A stretch of DNA of 64,000 nucleotides from an uncultured Nitrososphaeraceae archaeon (GCA_963825865.1 CAWGVG010000060.1:205929-269928), one strand, 5' to 3'; numbered from the stretch's first letter, positions 1 to 11,842 are shown. Program-made: numbers and translations. Notes: generated by a model from the sequence alone, not told the origin.

Positions 1-216
1 AGTGACCTAATATATCATTGTAAAAATATAATAAACTATGAACATCGAGCAGATACCATCTATCGTACAGCCATTGCAGAATTATTTAAAACAAACAATG
101 CTATTGAAATAATAAAGTTAAAAGAAATTTATGAGACCCTCGAGGGTGCCCTTGATCGGTGTGCTGATGTTGCTGATGTTGCAGAAGACATTGCCCTAAA
201 ATATGGCAATGGGTGA
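1..216 (+). CDS. DUF47/PhoU-like phosphate transport regulator, C-terminal part (5' end outside window)
   Basis: Frame 1 translates ...YEHRADTIYRTAIAELF...IEIIKLKEIYETLEGALDRCADVADVAEDIALKYGNG*, the typical DUF47 C-terminus; TGA at 214-216. Confidence 0.85.
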   Translation, partial: SDLIYHCKNIINYEHRADTIYRTAIAELFKTNNAIEIIKLKEIYETLEGALDRCADVADVAEDIALKYGNG

Positions 217-547
217 GCAAATAAGCAAATGGTTTTTTAGTGTTGTTGTTGGATATGTCGTTCGTTATTGCTAACAGCTTGTCATGTTAAGATTTATTAT
301 TTATGTTAAATTTGTAAATATAACAGATAAATAATCGTATCCTGGAAAATTAACAATTGCCTTCAACTTTGGTTTCATATATCTGTTCATCATATCTTAA
401 TATGGAACATTAGTTGCACCACATACTTCATATAATCTTGCCTCTTTCATTTTATAAAGAAGGTAGCTTTCCTTTATTATACGTGCTGAGCTTTTATTTT
501 TATAAAAGAGCATAATTTTTTTACCAGTTAATTCAACCTGATAATCA

Positions 548-1024
548 TTGTCATTGTGGTACTCAGCAGGTATTGGTTTACTTGGTGGTATAATGGCCAC
601 TGTTCTCATGACTATGATAGAGACGCCCTTGTGGAAAAGATGGGGCCTTCACGGAGTGTTTGAATGGCATGAGAATCAGGTTATTACAATGCGTGTATTT
701 CATCTTTCAGATAAAAGTAAGATTCACTTTAAGGGAATCTTTTTCTTTCATTTCCTCAATGGTGCTTTAGCAGGAATAGCTTTTCCATTTATTGCTTCAC
801 CCTTTACAATTGTTTTCCATTACATGATACCCTTGGGAGGCATATATGGTATTATACTATGGATTCTTACTCTTGGACCGATACATAAGCCAATAACTGG
901 ATTTTCACCATGGAATCATCCTTTGGGTAGCCTACCGACACTAGCAAGTCTTGGAGGACATGTATTGTATGGTATTGTACTTGGAATCGTAGTTTCTTCG
1001 TTGATGGGACAAAATGTTGTCTAA
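548..1024 (+). CDS. Four-helix membrane protein (DUF2938/DUF6789-like)
   Basis: 158 aa hydrophobic ORF with G-x-x-AT-x-x-MT start, H-x-x-x-G and GHVLYGIVLG motifs. Confidence 0.65.
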   Translation: MSLWYSAGIGLLGGIMATVLMTMIETPLWKRWGLHGVFEWHENQVITMRVFHLSDKSKIHFKGIFFFHFLNGALAGIAFPFIASPFTIVFHYMIPLGGIYGIILWILTLGPIHKPITGFSPWNHPLGSLPTLASLGGHVLYGIVLGIVVSSLMGQNVV

Positions 1025-1304
1025 TGTCAACCAATTTCTTTGATCATTAGTTATCGGTTGATATAGTTTCTGAAATTTCAATTACAATTTATTAAATCAA
1101 TGCGTTTCAAAAATAGTTGATATATCATTGTTGTTTTTTCTGCTGTTAACTATTACGTTTTTTTATTAATATGTAGTCCGGCCTATATAGAATACCCATC
1201 TTGAGTATATTATCGCTTTCGATAAAAATTATGATCGTATTATGGTAGAGATGAGTTTTGAGTCATAAATTAAAACTTACCAATAGATAGTTACAAGAGA
1301 CCAT

Positions 1305-1523
1305 CTAAGGTAAGGATCTGCAGAATGAGCTGGCTCTTTGTTGTTCCACCCTTACCCAACCCTTACCATCACAACAATTGCATCTTTCTTCACTTCGTCG
1401 TGGCAGTGAAATACAGAAAGAATTTAGACAATCATTACTGTTATTACTGTTATCTTCTTTACACTGTACAGAGCCTGATCCATGGCACACATGACACTTT
1501 ACAACATCACTAAATAAGGTCAA
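1305..1523 (-). CDS. Small DnaJ-type zinc-finger protein
   Basis: Two CxxCxGxG motifs (CHVCHGSG, CNCCDGKG) plus 3 further Cys in 72 aa. Confidence 0.6.
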   Translation of the reverse strand: MTLFSDVVKCHVCHGSGSVQCKEDNSNNSNDCLNSFCISLPRRSEERCNCCDGKGWVRVEQQRASSFCRSLP

Positions 1524-1542
1524 TGGAATAGCTGATCTCCTA

Positions 1543-1728
1543 TCAAAAACGTTCCTCGGTTTTTGATACCTTTAATGGATCTGGAATTTTAATTATATCA
1601 CTATTTTTTCTGTGAATTGTATTTAAAAGCTCACATTCACAATCACTATTTATCCTAACATATCTTCCACAATTCGCACACAAGACATACTGGGGATCGT
1701 ATTCCTTTGCATAGAGAGCAATTATCAT
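1543..1728 (-). CDS. Small Zn-ribbon protein
   Basis: CANCG...CEC motif; AT-rich TATA-like sequence upstream; tandem with 1305..1523. Confidence 0.5.
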   Translation of the reverse strand: MIIALYAKEYDPQYVLCANCGRYVRINSDCECELLNTIHRKNSDIIKIPDPLKVSKTEERF

Positions 1729-2189
1729 AATATTATATTTACTCTGAAATATATAAAATTTACTTATTATCCTATTTAATCGAAATTTACTTATTAAAGT
1801 TAATTGTTTGTTTAATATTTATATGTATTTTAATACAAATGTAAGGATTCTACAAATATGATAAAATGGATTCTGCTTTAATCATTGTTTATTTAATTTT
1901 GGAAAGGACAATAATTTAATTAGTTCTGGATAATTCTCATTGTCGACCGGAACATTATGTTCCTAATAGAATCGTGGCAGCCAGGAGCTTTAACCAAAGT
2001 GGCGTTGAATGTTTTATTTAATCAATATCTACAAACTAAGGATACACAGCTTCAGCAGAATGGCATTATGTTACATCATTCTATCTAACATTCAAAGACT
2101 AAACGTGCAAGAAAAGTAGCGATACCGGTCAAAAGAGAGGAGGAGAAGAAGAAGGAGCACTTAGATATCGTAAAGTACGATATTGAATG

Positions 2190-2573
2190 TTATTCTCTTA
2201 TACCTTCAAGGTTTGATACAACCTGCCATAGCATCGTTCTAATATGCGATTTCATTGCCTTGTCTTGTGTCAGTCTATCTAGCATGCTAACGGCATTTGC
2301 CGCTCTTACAGATAAGCTAAATTTTTGCTCTTTATCTTTCAATAAAACAAGTAATTCATTTATACTACCTTTTATACTTCTATTAACTTCACGATAATGA
2401 TTTCGATTTATATTTTCAAGTGTCACTATTGCAGCATTTAAATTTTCGTGGTTAGTCTTATTCTGTAATAGTTCTTTTTCTTTCTTTGTTGTTCTCTTAT
2501 GGGGTGTGCCAGCTATTGGTGTTGTTTTTTCTATGTCTGTCATAGTGAACTTTTCATTATATGTGCATGCCAT
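2190..2573 (-). CDS. UPF0147 family protein
   Basis: SVRAANAVSMLDRLTQD...SHIRTMLWQVVSNLEGIRE is the archaeal UPF0147 C-terminal signature. Confidence 0.85.
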   Translation of the reverse strand: MACTYNEKFTMTDIEKTTPIAGTPHKRTTKKEKELLQNKTNHENLNAAIVTLENINRNHYREVNRSIKGSINELLVLLKDKEQKFSLSVRAANAVSMLDRLTQDKAMKSHIRTMLWQVVSNLEGIRE

Positions 2574-3821
2574 TATAAATTAATATGTTCATAGTGAATT
2601 ATGAAATATAAATGATATTTGGACTACAAAATCTGGAAAAAGGGAAACAGGTTGGTGGAATGTCGGAGCAGATTTGACTCATATTTACCACGTAAAAGAG
2701 CATTTTTCATAAATCAAAAGATGATGATCATCATTATTATTAGCTCCAACAAAGATATTTTTGCGGTACTTTTGTAAACATCTACTGCTTGTAACATTTC
2801 CAATGTTCATATTGTTTTACCCCGCCTCCTCCTGCTTTATCAACTTCTATCATATCTTTACAATATCTGCACCGAATGGGAGCCTTTTCAATACTCTCCT
2901 GTTTTCTGTTCATTTTTATTATATTTATGTACATATGTTTCTAATATTTTTATAACACAACGATTAGCCATCAATATGATTGGTACTTTCTTTAGAAGTC
3001 TATCAATTGAAATAGCGATTAATACTTCGGATTCTTTTTTCTATTGTTGTCACTAAATGCCAAAAACTCAATTCTATCATATCATCTAGGCTACTGTATT
3101 CATATACTGTTGATGTTTGTCTATTGCAGTTTTTGTTTTTATGGTATTTTGTAATTTGTAGTTTTTCTTTCATTTTTTGTTTCAAACCTCAAGTCCTTCA
3201 TGAAAAACAGTAAGATTTTTTTCTCTTCAATCAAAAGAGTAAGACTTTCTCTCGAAGAAATTATCTACGTAAAAAGTTTAATCAGGATTGAAAGTGATTC
3301 TATGCAATAAATTCATCAGCTTGTAAACCATATGTGATGAGTATCACAAGTACAACAAACCTGAAGCAACAACAACTAAAAAACAACAAATAGCAGGTAA
3401 AAAGAATATAAAACAACTATTCATAGCGCAGTGTGAAAATTGTTATTGACAATTTGAACTACTGTATATGATTATTTAATTTGAAAAATGTGTTAGTCAC
3501 TCTATGCTCCTGACTTAAATAGTGCCCTTCCTGAAACAACAATTAGTAAATTAAAGTCTGGAGAATAAAACTAATATTTTATTACGAAGAATAAAAAGAA
3601 TAGAAACATGGGATTAATTGAATTTTTATTCTACCCAACTATGATTATGAAGTGAACAGATGTTCTATATCTCATCAAGTATGAGGGCTAATAGTAGACA
3701 CAGCTATCATTATGAAACGCTTTGCTAATCATAATCTCTTTATATAAATCATAAGGGATTTTTATTAAATTAGAATAGTAAGTTACAAGATTGCTATAGA
3801 TGTAGGAAACCTGATATTGGT

Positions 3822-4103
3822 ATGAGAGATAGAGACAAACTGAATTAATTGCATCTATTCTAAAAGCCACCAATGAAAGAAATGTAAATGCGAGCACAAA
3901 TAATGTATAAGGCATTTTTATCATATACCCGGATGAAACAATATGTATCAATATTAGTTGATGCGGGCTTAATAAAATATCAAGAAGGAAATCGAAGAGC
4001 TTATAGAATAACTGACATTGGAATGAGGTTTTTACATTTACACAATCAGCTTGGTGAATTGCTTACCAATCCTTCCCACTCAAAAACAGTTATTATACAC
4101 TAA
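3822..4103 (+). CDS. Archaeal winged-helix transcriptional regulator (HTH_45/DUF4364-like), frameshifted
   Basis: ELIASILKAT in an upstream frame continues as QIMYKAFLSYTRMKQYVSILVDAGLI...YRITDIGMRFL. Confidence 0.75.
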
Positions 4104-4153
4104 TAGTTATGAAAGAGTAAAAATCAGAGAATCAGCATATTTTGATTCTTGTT

Positions 4154-4550
4154 CTACACCTTGGCAACACACCTAATCTCGATCATGAGCTCCGGGAACG
4201 CAAGACGCTGAATTTGCACGATGGTGCTTGCCACAACTGGGATGCCGAAAAAGACCTCCTGCCTGCATTTGACTGCCGCGGCGAAGGCCGCCTCCATATC
4301 CGTCACGAAGAGTATCTCATCGGCTATGTTATCCATCGTTGCCCCATACTGTGCGAGCACCTTCCGGATGTTGGCATATGCCTGGCGCATCTGTGCCTCC
4401 ATATCTCCGAGACCGATGATACTGCCACCTGTCGTCATGACTCACCTGCCCAGATAGATAGATGGTGTCCCCAACTTTCACCGCCTGGGCGTAACCGTAC
4501 TCTTTCTCCCAAGGCATACCAAAGCTCTTAGTTTCCTTGTCGATTGTCAT
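4154..4550 (-). CDS. ridA: RidA/YjgF/YER057c/UK114 family protein, one frameshift; bacterial-type gene cassette
   Basis: WEKEYGYAQAVKVGDTIYLSGQV (4329..4550) joins DMEAQMRQAYANI...ASTIVQIQRLAFPELMIEIRCVA (4154..4438); visibly GC-richer than flanks; GGGAG Shine-Dalgarno. Confidence 0.9.
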
Positions 4551-4582
4551 AATGTGTCTCCCTTAATGTTAATTGTGAAACT

Positions 4583-4641
4583 TCCTAACGCATAAGCTAA
4601 CCAGCGCGAATAGCGCATCCGAGTTGAGTTCCATGTTAGGC
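4583..4641 (-). mobile_element. attC: Integron attC recombination site (59-base element)
   Basis: Minus strand reads GCCTAAC-ATGGA-ACTCAAC-TCGGATGCGCTATTCGCGCTG-GTTAGCT-TATGC-GTTAGGA: R'' RYYYAAC, 5-nt spacers, L''/L' boxes, central GCGC hairpin, R' GTTAGG; exactly 59 bp. Confidence 0.85.
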
Positions 4642-4680
4642 ATATCCAAAATCCTTGGGTCTAGGTGCAGCACCCATCAT
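4636..4680 (-). pseudogene. 3' stub of the preceding cassette gene (MMGAAPRPKDFGYA*)
   Basis: Its TAA stop lies within the attC R'' box (GCC TAA C), the standard cassette layout. Confidence 0.65.
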
Positions 4681-5066
4681 GTTTTTTTATGGAGTTAGTT
4701 AATAATAAAGTTATTTGACAAACTTTATACTATATCTAATTAATACTGCCACATTTCTATAACTAACTGTTCGTGGTATATATAAACAAATTGAGTAAAC
4801 GTGGTCATATACGTTGGATCAACAAGATAAGAGAAAATTAAAAATAATAATGGCTATAATAGCTGCGAGTGTAATGGCAAGAATATTAATATTTTATATA
4901 ATTTCTAAATAGATAGCCTCCTGTTCGTCTCTAGCAAATAAAGGTATTGACCTCTCCTATATACGACCAGAATGCTTCTCTTAGATCTGTGGTAACCTAT
5001 TGAATTTCTACAATTCATACAATAGAGTTTAAACCTAGTAGTGAGCTCTCAAAGTGTCATCGTTCT

Positions 5067-5285
5067 ATGGACAATCTAGTTGCAGCTTTCGTTACGTTAG
5101 TGATAATGTTGTTTGTGGGAATGGGAATTCTGATGGTTGGACCTGCTAACGTTCCTGTTATTACATCACATGCTGGATTATTTGCAGTAGTTATGACTTT
5201 AGCATCTGCCTTTCTGGTTATAGGTTTGGTTGGACTTACAGCGATAGGATTTATTATAGTTTCAAAGGAAAAGGAAAAGAAATGA
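5067..5285 (+). CDS. Small two-TM membrane protein
   Basis: Two hydrophobic helices, Lys-rich tail, TTTAAA box ~35 nt upstream. Confidence 0.6.
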   Translation: MDNLVAAFVTLVIMLFVGMGILMVGPANVPVITSHAGLFAVVMTLASAFLVIGLVGLTAIGFIIVSKEKEKK

Positions 5286-5737
5286 CCGATTGAAGGTTAT
5301 GTATATTGCATCGTGATGAGGCTAGTCTAATTCTTTTCCTCATAGCATGTTCTTTGATAGTTTGAACGGTTAGTGACAATACACTAGAGATGTGTCAGAC
5401 GTATTCAAAAATCTATTTGCACCTGTTCCAAACTTATTGAGTAAAATATCAAGAACTCACTTTAATTGTTAGAGTTACTGCAGAGATTTTTTATACTTTT
5501 ATAGTCCGATGCATTATCCCAAAAGTAGATCGATATTATATTATCTTGAGGAGCTTCAGTTTACCGATGCCTTCAAACAACAAACATGCAAACTAAGTGA
5601 CACTATTCGAGAAAACAGTTTATTCCCCTCAGGAGATATGACCCCTTTTAATCTTTGAGTATTTTATATGGTATAAGCATACTTGGAAATAGTTGGATCA
5701 CCTAGATATATTGTAGGGATGTACTGAGCAATTTACT

Positions 5738-5956
5738 TCATGTTCTACTACGTATATTTTCTTCTATTCTATACAAAGCTGTGCCGATATAATCATCAGT
5801 AATTAATGATGGTATATCAATACAACATGTTTTGGGAAGTAGTGAGTTAATTTTGTATAGAATTTGAACCTTCTTATCTATATCTAACTCATTATAGCAA
5901 TCTTCAACTAGTTTTGAGATCATAGCATGGTTGTGTATTGTTGTAGCCGTAGTCAA
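5738..5956 (-). CDS. Hypothetical protein
   Basis: 72 aa ORF with globular composition (IDIPSLITDDYIGTALYRIEE). Confidence 0.5.
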   Translation of the reverse strand: MTTATTIHNHAMISKLVEDCYNELDIDKKVQILYKINSLLPKTCCIDIPSLITDDYIGTALYRIEENIRSRT

Positions 5957-6271
5957 TTTGTTACTATCGACTCCTGATCCTTAGCAAATGTTTATTTTAC
6001 ATGTTTCGCATTTATCTGTTATAGACCTTCTATCCGGTGAAAATTCAGCTTCCATTTTCATATGTGCAAAAAGTAGGCCATATTGCATACATTGGCGAAT
6101 ATGTAAAATTACGTGATTTCTTATGCTCTTGATAGTAGATAATCTTATGTTCATATCTATGTATTGCTTATAAAATATAAAAAGAGTTGCATACTAATGT
6201 ATATGCTTAACTACTTCTTATGTATATACTTATATATTTCTATATTTTAAGGGTATATGTAGCAATTCAAT

Positions 6272-6466
6272 ATGACCTCCCAGACTAAAACAAAATTATA
6301 TAAAGTTGAGTCTAAATCGGCAAAAACAGGAGTAAAAACTTATAGACATTCGATATTTTTAGAAAAGGCTTTTGTAGAGGATAGTTTATTTCCTTTCAAA
6401 CCTGGTGAAAATTTGATGGTAAGGATAGATAAAGATAGACTAATTGTTACAAAGCTCAAAGATTAA
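6272..6466 (+). CDS. AbrB/SpoVT-like swapped-hairpin DNA-binding protein
   Basis: HSIFLEKAFVEDSLFPFKPGENLMVRIDKDRLIVTK fits the AbrB pattern; TTATATAT box upstream. Confidence 0.6.
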   Translation: MTSQTKTKLYKVESKSAKTGVKTYRHSIFLEKAFVEDSLFPFKPGENLMVRIDKDRLIVTKLKD

Positions 6467-7273
6467 ATGGGTTATATCCTTTATTAAATGAGCTCATCGG
6501 ATACTTAACGATCGAATGCTATGCGTTACTTTTTCATAAATCAAAGTCAATTGATGAAGTTAATTGAGCACCCAATATCTTTCGTTTACCCCATCTGCTT
6601 TGATATTTAATTCAATAGCTGCTTGAACCTTCTGAAACGAATTTGAAAGCTTGACTTCGGCGAGGTTTCATGAATATTGTAAATGCAGATAGTCTAGAAT
6701 AAGTTCGATAAAAAAGCAAAATATCAAAACAACCGAACCCCTTTACATGCGAGACTTAATCCAGCGTATAACAGTACAGCTAATAGGATATTTTGAAGTC
6801 ATTGTAACCTTCCTTTTCTATATTAAAAGAATGCTTCATTTATCAAAGAAGGGTTGCAAGCCAACAATAAGGAGACTTTTCGCCATTTTTTAGCTACCAG
6901 AACAATACGAACATTCGCGTATAGTTTTTTGAGCGTAATTCTTGCAATTTATCTGAAACTAATTGAATTTACCGATCTGTATATTTGGCTTTGATGTCAT
7001 TATCAGGAGCAATATTTTTGTAACAAGTAGCTACATAGCATTAATAATATTTGCCGTCATTGGAACAATTAATGTAACTGGAGCTGAAAATGGCTCTTCT
7101 TTCAATAGAACAGGCAATACCATCCCAAACAATCAATTATACCAAAAAAAAGTGCGATGCTATTTGTTACTATTTCTTACAAAAATCACAAAATGACTCG
7201 ATAGCATTCAGTTAAGGTAATCAAAGAGCAACTAGTATTATATATTTTGTAACACTAAAGTGAGAGCCTAGAG

Positions 7274-8602
7274 ATGACAACAACTACTAAAACCACATCA
7301 TTTCAACAGTTAGGACTAAGCGCAGAATTAATTAAAGCATTAAAAACAAATGGATTTGAAGAGCCTTTTCCTATTCAAGAGGCAGCTATACCATTGGTTT
7401 TAAAAGGTGTAGATGTAATAGGTCAGGCACACACAGGCACTGGCAAGACAGCAGCTTTTGCACTACCAATATTGAATAAGATCAAACGTAATGGTCCGAT
7501 ACAAGCACTGATACTTGTTCCGACAAGAGAACTGGCGGTACAAGTTACAACTGAAATTAATAAATTTGCAAGATATACGGGAATAAGAACTCTTAGCATA
7601 TACGGTGGACAAAATATTGGCCTTCAATATAAGCAGTTAAGAAGAGGCATACAAATAATAGTTGCAACCCCCGGTAGATTGATTGATCATGTAAAACAGC
7701 ATTCAATTCATCTTGACAATGTAAAGTATGTGGTACTTGACGAGGCAGATAGGATGCTCGATATGGGCTTTATTGATGATATAAAGTTCATATTATATTA
7801 CATAAATAAAGATAGACAAACATGTCTGTTTTCTGCAACTATGCCAGCTGAGATTTTGAGACTAGCACAGGAATACATGCATGATGCTAAAGAAGTAAGA
7901 CTTAATGAAGAAGAATTGAGTCTTGATACTATAGAGCAATCTTATCTTGTTATTCAGGAAAAAGATAAATTCAAACATCTTTGTAATTTCATTAAGGGGA
8001 GAGATAAAAAACAAACAATTGTTTTTGCTGCTACCAAACAAAGGACACGAAGGCTTGTAGACGAACTAAATCAAGAGGGTTTTGAAGCAATCTCAATTCA
8101 TGGCGACCTTTCTCAAAGGGAGAGAGACAATGCAATGTATCGATTCAAAAATGGAAGGGAAGACATTCTTGTAGCTACTGATATTGCAGCAAGGGGCATT
8201 GATGTTCCAGCAGTAGGTCATGTAATCAATTATGATGTTCCAGCGGAACCGTTGATGTACTTTCATCGAATTGGAAGAACTGCTCGAGCTGGTGCCCCAG
8301 GTAAAGCCATATCGTTAGTATCACAAGATAGGGTTGATGACTTTGGTCGAATTTTGAAGAGAACAAAACAAACAATAAAGAGACTCAATGAAGAGATGGG
8401 GATTACGGTTCCTGTTTTCCAACAGCGCCCGTATGACAGATATCAACGAAGAAGCAGTTATTGGCATAAAAGTCGTGGCCATGGAAGTAAAGGTCATGGA
8501 GGATATAATAGTAGTAGAAATAAACGGAGACATACGGAACAACGAGATGATAAGCGCTACAGTAGATATGGTGGCAGAGAATCGAGCAAAAGATATCGCT
8601 AA
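7274..8602 (+). CDS. deaD: DEAD-box RNA helicase (DeaD/CshA-like)
   Basis: Q motif, AHTGTGKT, PTRELA, TPGRL, DEAD, SAT, ARGID, HRIGRTAR; Arg/Gly-rich tail; intact. Confidence 0.95.
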   Translation: MTTTTKTTSFQQLGLSAELIKALKTNGFEEPFPIQEAAIPLVLKGVDVIGQAHTGTGKTAAFALPILNKIKRNGPIQALILVPTRELAVQVTTEINKFARYTGIRTLSIYGGQNIGLQYKQLRRGIQIIVATPGRLIDHVKQHSIHLDNVKYVVLDEADRMLDMGFIDDIKFILYYINKDRQTCLFSATMPAEILRLAQEYMHDAKEVRLNEEELSLDTIEQSYLVIQEKDKFKHLCNFIKGRDKKQTIVFAATKQRTRRLVDELNQEGFEAISIHGDLSQRERDNAMYRFKNGREDILVATDIAARGIDVPAVGHVINYDVPAEPLMYFHRIGRTARAGAPGKAISLVSQDRVDDFGRILKRTKQTIKRLNEEMGITVPVFQQRPYDRYQRRSSYWHKSRGHGSKGHGGYNSSRNKRRHTEQRDDKRYSRYGGRESSKRYR

Positions 8603-8969
8603 TTGAAGAGATAAAATCAGAAGATATCAGACTAATAGCGGCAGCTCCTATTCCCATTTTCGCAATAGCAATACCAAGAATGTATACAATATTGTCAAAT
8701 CAACTTGTATGCATTAATAATTCTTACCTGCCTTCCGTTGCTTATCGAATTCAGATAGAGATGCTTATCTTAGAAGTTCTTTCCCAGAAAATGCAGTCGT
8801 AGCAGAATTGCATCGAGAATAATGTTGTTGATGACACCTAAAAGAGCAAGGCAGTACCGACTGAGAAGTTGCTATGTACTATCTGCGCAAATATTTTTTT
8901 AATTCCACAATAAAGAAATATAAGAAGTTGATTATTTTGTGCAACATGCTTCAAAGATATATGCTCGTC

Positions 8970-9468
8970 TTATACGTTTTCTCTGGCCAATTTTATACAT
9001 TCTTGTAGATGTTCTTTTTCCTCCTTTAAAATTGATTTTACTTTATTTTTAAATTCTGAATCTTTTACATCATTTACCATTGCATCTAAGACTTCATAGT
9101 GAGCAACTTCTCCACCTTCTGCGATACATAGGGTACTCTAATGCTTCTGATGTGTCGGCATCATTGCCAAGATATGTACTCATCATTTTTGAAGCCTTTT
9201 GTTCAGTTTCAGCTGCGATACTCTTAACATTTTCAAAATCTAAGTTCTGTTCATCTGATGATTTTGATAGTCTCTCACATAATTCTTCAATCTGAGTTAA
9301 ATTACGTCTGGTGGTTTTGAGCTTCTTTCTTTATCTCTTGTACTTGCTGCTTGATATCTGATTTATCTAATAATTCATTTGAAACAAGTTGTTCCACTGC
9401 TTTTTGAGAGCCATTTCTAAACCCAGAACTTCGCCTATCTTTTCTTCAATCATTTCACTGTCTGTCAT
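8970..9468 (-). pseudogene. Ferritin-like four-helix-bundle protein, multiply frameshifted
   Basis: Fragments MIEEKIGEVLGLEMA..., ETEQKASKMMSTYLGNDADTSEALE, GEVAHYEVL and ILKEEKEHLQECIKLA* carry ExxH-type motifs. Confidence 0.6.
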
Positions 9469-9939
9469 AATAATTCTGTCTCTATCTCTAGACTCATATT
9501 GCTAATAAGCGTAACAAATCAACAATATTTGTCATCTTTTTAATATTTTCTTGTACTTATGTCCTTTTGTCCTTTTATTATAACAATCAGCGTAGAAGAT
9601 TGTGTCTGCTGAGGAGGAAATTAGGTATTAGTAGCAATAGATGAAACAACATTACAAACTTGGAAAATGAAAGAAATATAACGGGAATTAAAAATAAAAA
9701 ATGAATACCTTAAGATAACAACTCAACGTCTTATATCAGACAAGCAATTAAAAGTTCTTAACAATATGCAAAAAGAGTTTACCAATATGAAATGAAGACT
9801 CCTATTTAAGCAATCATAGGATATGCATTGTTAAAAGAAGAAGAATCAAAGGCTATTTTCTCATAATCATAAAAATGGTTTTTACATCGTTGTCCTTTTA
9901 ATAACATACATACTGTAACTTTTAAGAACGAAGCCACAT

Positions 9940-10563
9940 ATGACAATATCAATAGACAAATCCATAGAAAAAGAAAAAGAAAACACAATTCAAGCACAAA
10001 GAAGACCATCAACATCCAAGAAGCATTAATCCTAAACAGACGGTCTTCCAGGTCTATGACAGGAGAAGAATTAGATGAGGATACTATAATGAGTCTTTTT
10101 GAAGCTGCAAGGTGGGCACCAACATCCTACAACAATCAACCATGGAGATTTATCTATGCCAAGAGAAATACTGAGAATTGGAATAAACTTTTCAATTTGC
10201 TAGCAGAACCCAACAAAGTGTGGACAAAAAATGCTGCTTTGTTGGTTGTAGTAGTATCAAGGAAAAATTCCGAATACAATGAGAAATACTCTATAACACA
10301 TAAATTTGATGCTGGAGCTGCTTGGGAGAATATAGCTTTAGAAGCGTCATCAAGAGGATTGGTAGCACACGGAATGCAAGGATTTGATTATGAGAAAGCA
10401 AGAGTAGATTTGGAAATCCCAGATAACTTTGATGAAATGGCTATGATTGCAATAGGAAAGAAAGGACCAAAAGAAAATCTCCTAACAATTGCAAAATAAA
10501 GAATTTCCTAACGATAGAAAATCATTGAATGAAATAGTGATGGAAGGCACATTTAGAAAATGA
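9940..10563 (+). CDS. Nitroreductase family protein (frameshifts near both ends)
   Basis: LILNRRSSRSM, EAARWAPTSYNNQPWRF, FDAGAAWENIAL, HGMQGFD; tail FPNDRKSLNEIVMEGTFRK* in a shifted frame. Confidence 0.9.
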
Positions 10564-11122
10564 AGTTTTAATGCCTTTTTTCATATATCTGGTTTAACTT
10601 TTTATTCCTACTTTAAAAGCAGGTTCGCCTCTAATAACAGATTTTACTCCTTTGGAATGTTTTGGTAAATCCATGCTTTGTGCAAAATCAGGATCTATAG
10701 TATTCCAGAAAGTAAGCAAATCCTAACATAACAAGGGGATGATAATTATTATCACTATTATTATTTTTAATGTTACTAGCAATTATTCTTGGTAATGCTT
10801 GAGGATAAACAGTACCATTTGCTTCTCTTATCTGAAGATTTTCCATAGAAGATACGCACGACAGATATTGCGGATCAGAATCTATTGAGAGCATAATTTT
10901 GCAATATCATCAGCACCAACCCTTCCGCCCGAATGCATTAATCAAAAAAATTCATCGACAACACCTCTTTTGGATTTGAAACATTGAACGAGAGTAATCA
11001 GATAGATAGATCAAGATAAAATGCGGATATTTGATTTTAACAGCTGATTTTTCTATCACTGAGTATAATAGGTGTGTTTACCAAGTCTTATAAATTAACA
11101 AAATATATTTTATTTCTAAACA

Positions 11123-11842
11123 TTGTCTTCATTAAGGAAAAAAAACTTTAGTTTGATAACAACAATATGCACAATTGGCATAATAACGATGTTATTGCAC
11201 GCTTCTAATTTAGCACTATCACCATTAGCAAATGCAGCGGGATCCCGTAATAGTTTAGGGATTGGTAGTATGCTACCAATCCCCGATAACTTAATGACAC
11301 CGCCTAACCAAAATTATCCTCTTCCTTCCAATGCAGTTTCAGGCAGCGGTATTCCAAAAAATATGATAGTAGGACCATCGTGTGTAAGTGGTTGTCAAGC
11401 AATAGTTGGCACAAACAAGGATGACATCATTTACGGAGTGCCGGTAACAGACGCCACGATATATGGTCTAAACGGTAACGACTACATAATAGGAGGAGCA
11501 GGTAATACTAAACTATATGGGGGGGATGACAACGACAACATTAATGCAGGTTTTGGAAATGCCCAAATGTATGGTGGAAAAGGAGATGATGTACTCATCG
11601 GTGGAAGTGGAAATAATATCATTGTCGGTGGACCAGGAAACGATCAGCTATTTGCTGGAACTGGTTCTGATACTTTGATAGGTGGGCCTGGTGCAGACAT
11701 TTTTAATTGTGGCTCACAAACCAGTAGCGGTGGCTCACCATCGTCTGCTGTGATACTGGACTTTAACCCAGGAGAGCAAGATACCAAGTCAAGTAACTGT
11801 AAATATGTGTTTACGCAAGGTAGTTATCCAGCAGTTCCATGA
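11123..11842 (+). CDS. Secreted hemolysin-type (RTX) calcium-binding repeat protein
   Basis: Signal peptide; GGxGxDxL nonapeptide repeats; C-terminal PGADIFNCG...DFNPGEQDTKSSNC. Confidence 0.9.
   Translation: MSSLRKKNFSLITTICTIGIITMLLHASNLALSPLANAAGSRNSLGIGSMLPIPDNLMTPPNQNYPLPSNAVSGSGIPKNMIVGPSCVSGCQAIVGTNKDDIIYGVPVTDATIYGLNGNDYIIGGAGNTKLYGGDDNDNINAGFGNAQMYGGKGDDVLIGGSGNNIIVGGPGNDQLFAGTGSDTLIGGPGADIFNCGSQTSSGGSPSSAVILDFNPGEQDTKSSNCKYVFTQGSYPAVP

Noticed and set aside
1949-1963. Palindrome GGAACATTATGTTCC
   Set aside because: Single occurrence with no associated gene start; not enough to call an operator
4100-4157. Second attC downstream of ridA
   Set aside because: Only GTAGAAC at the stop codon; no matching L boxes or R' site, and the sequence is already AT-rich host DNA
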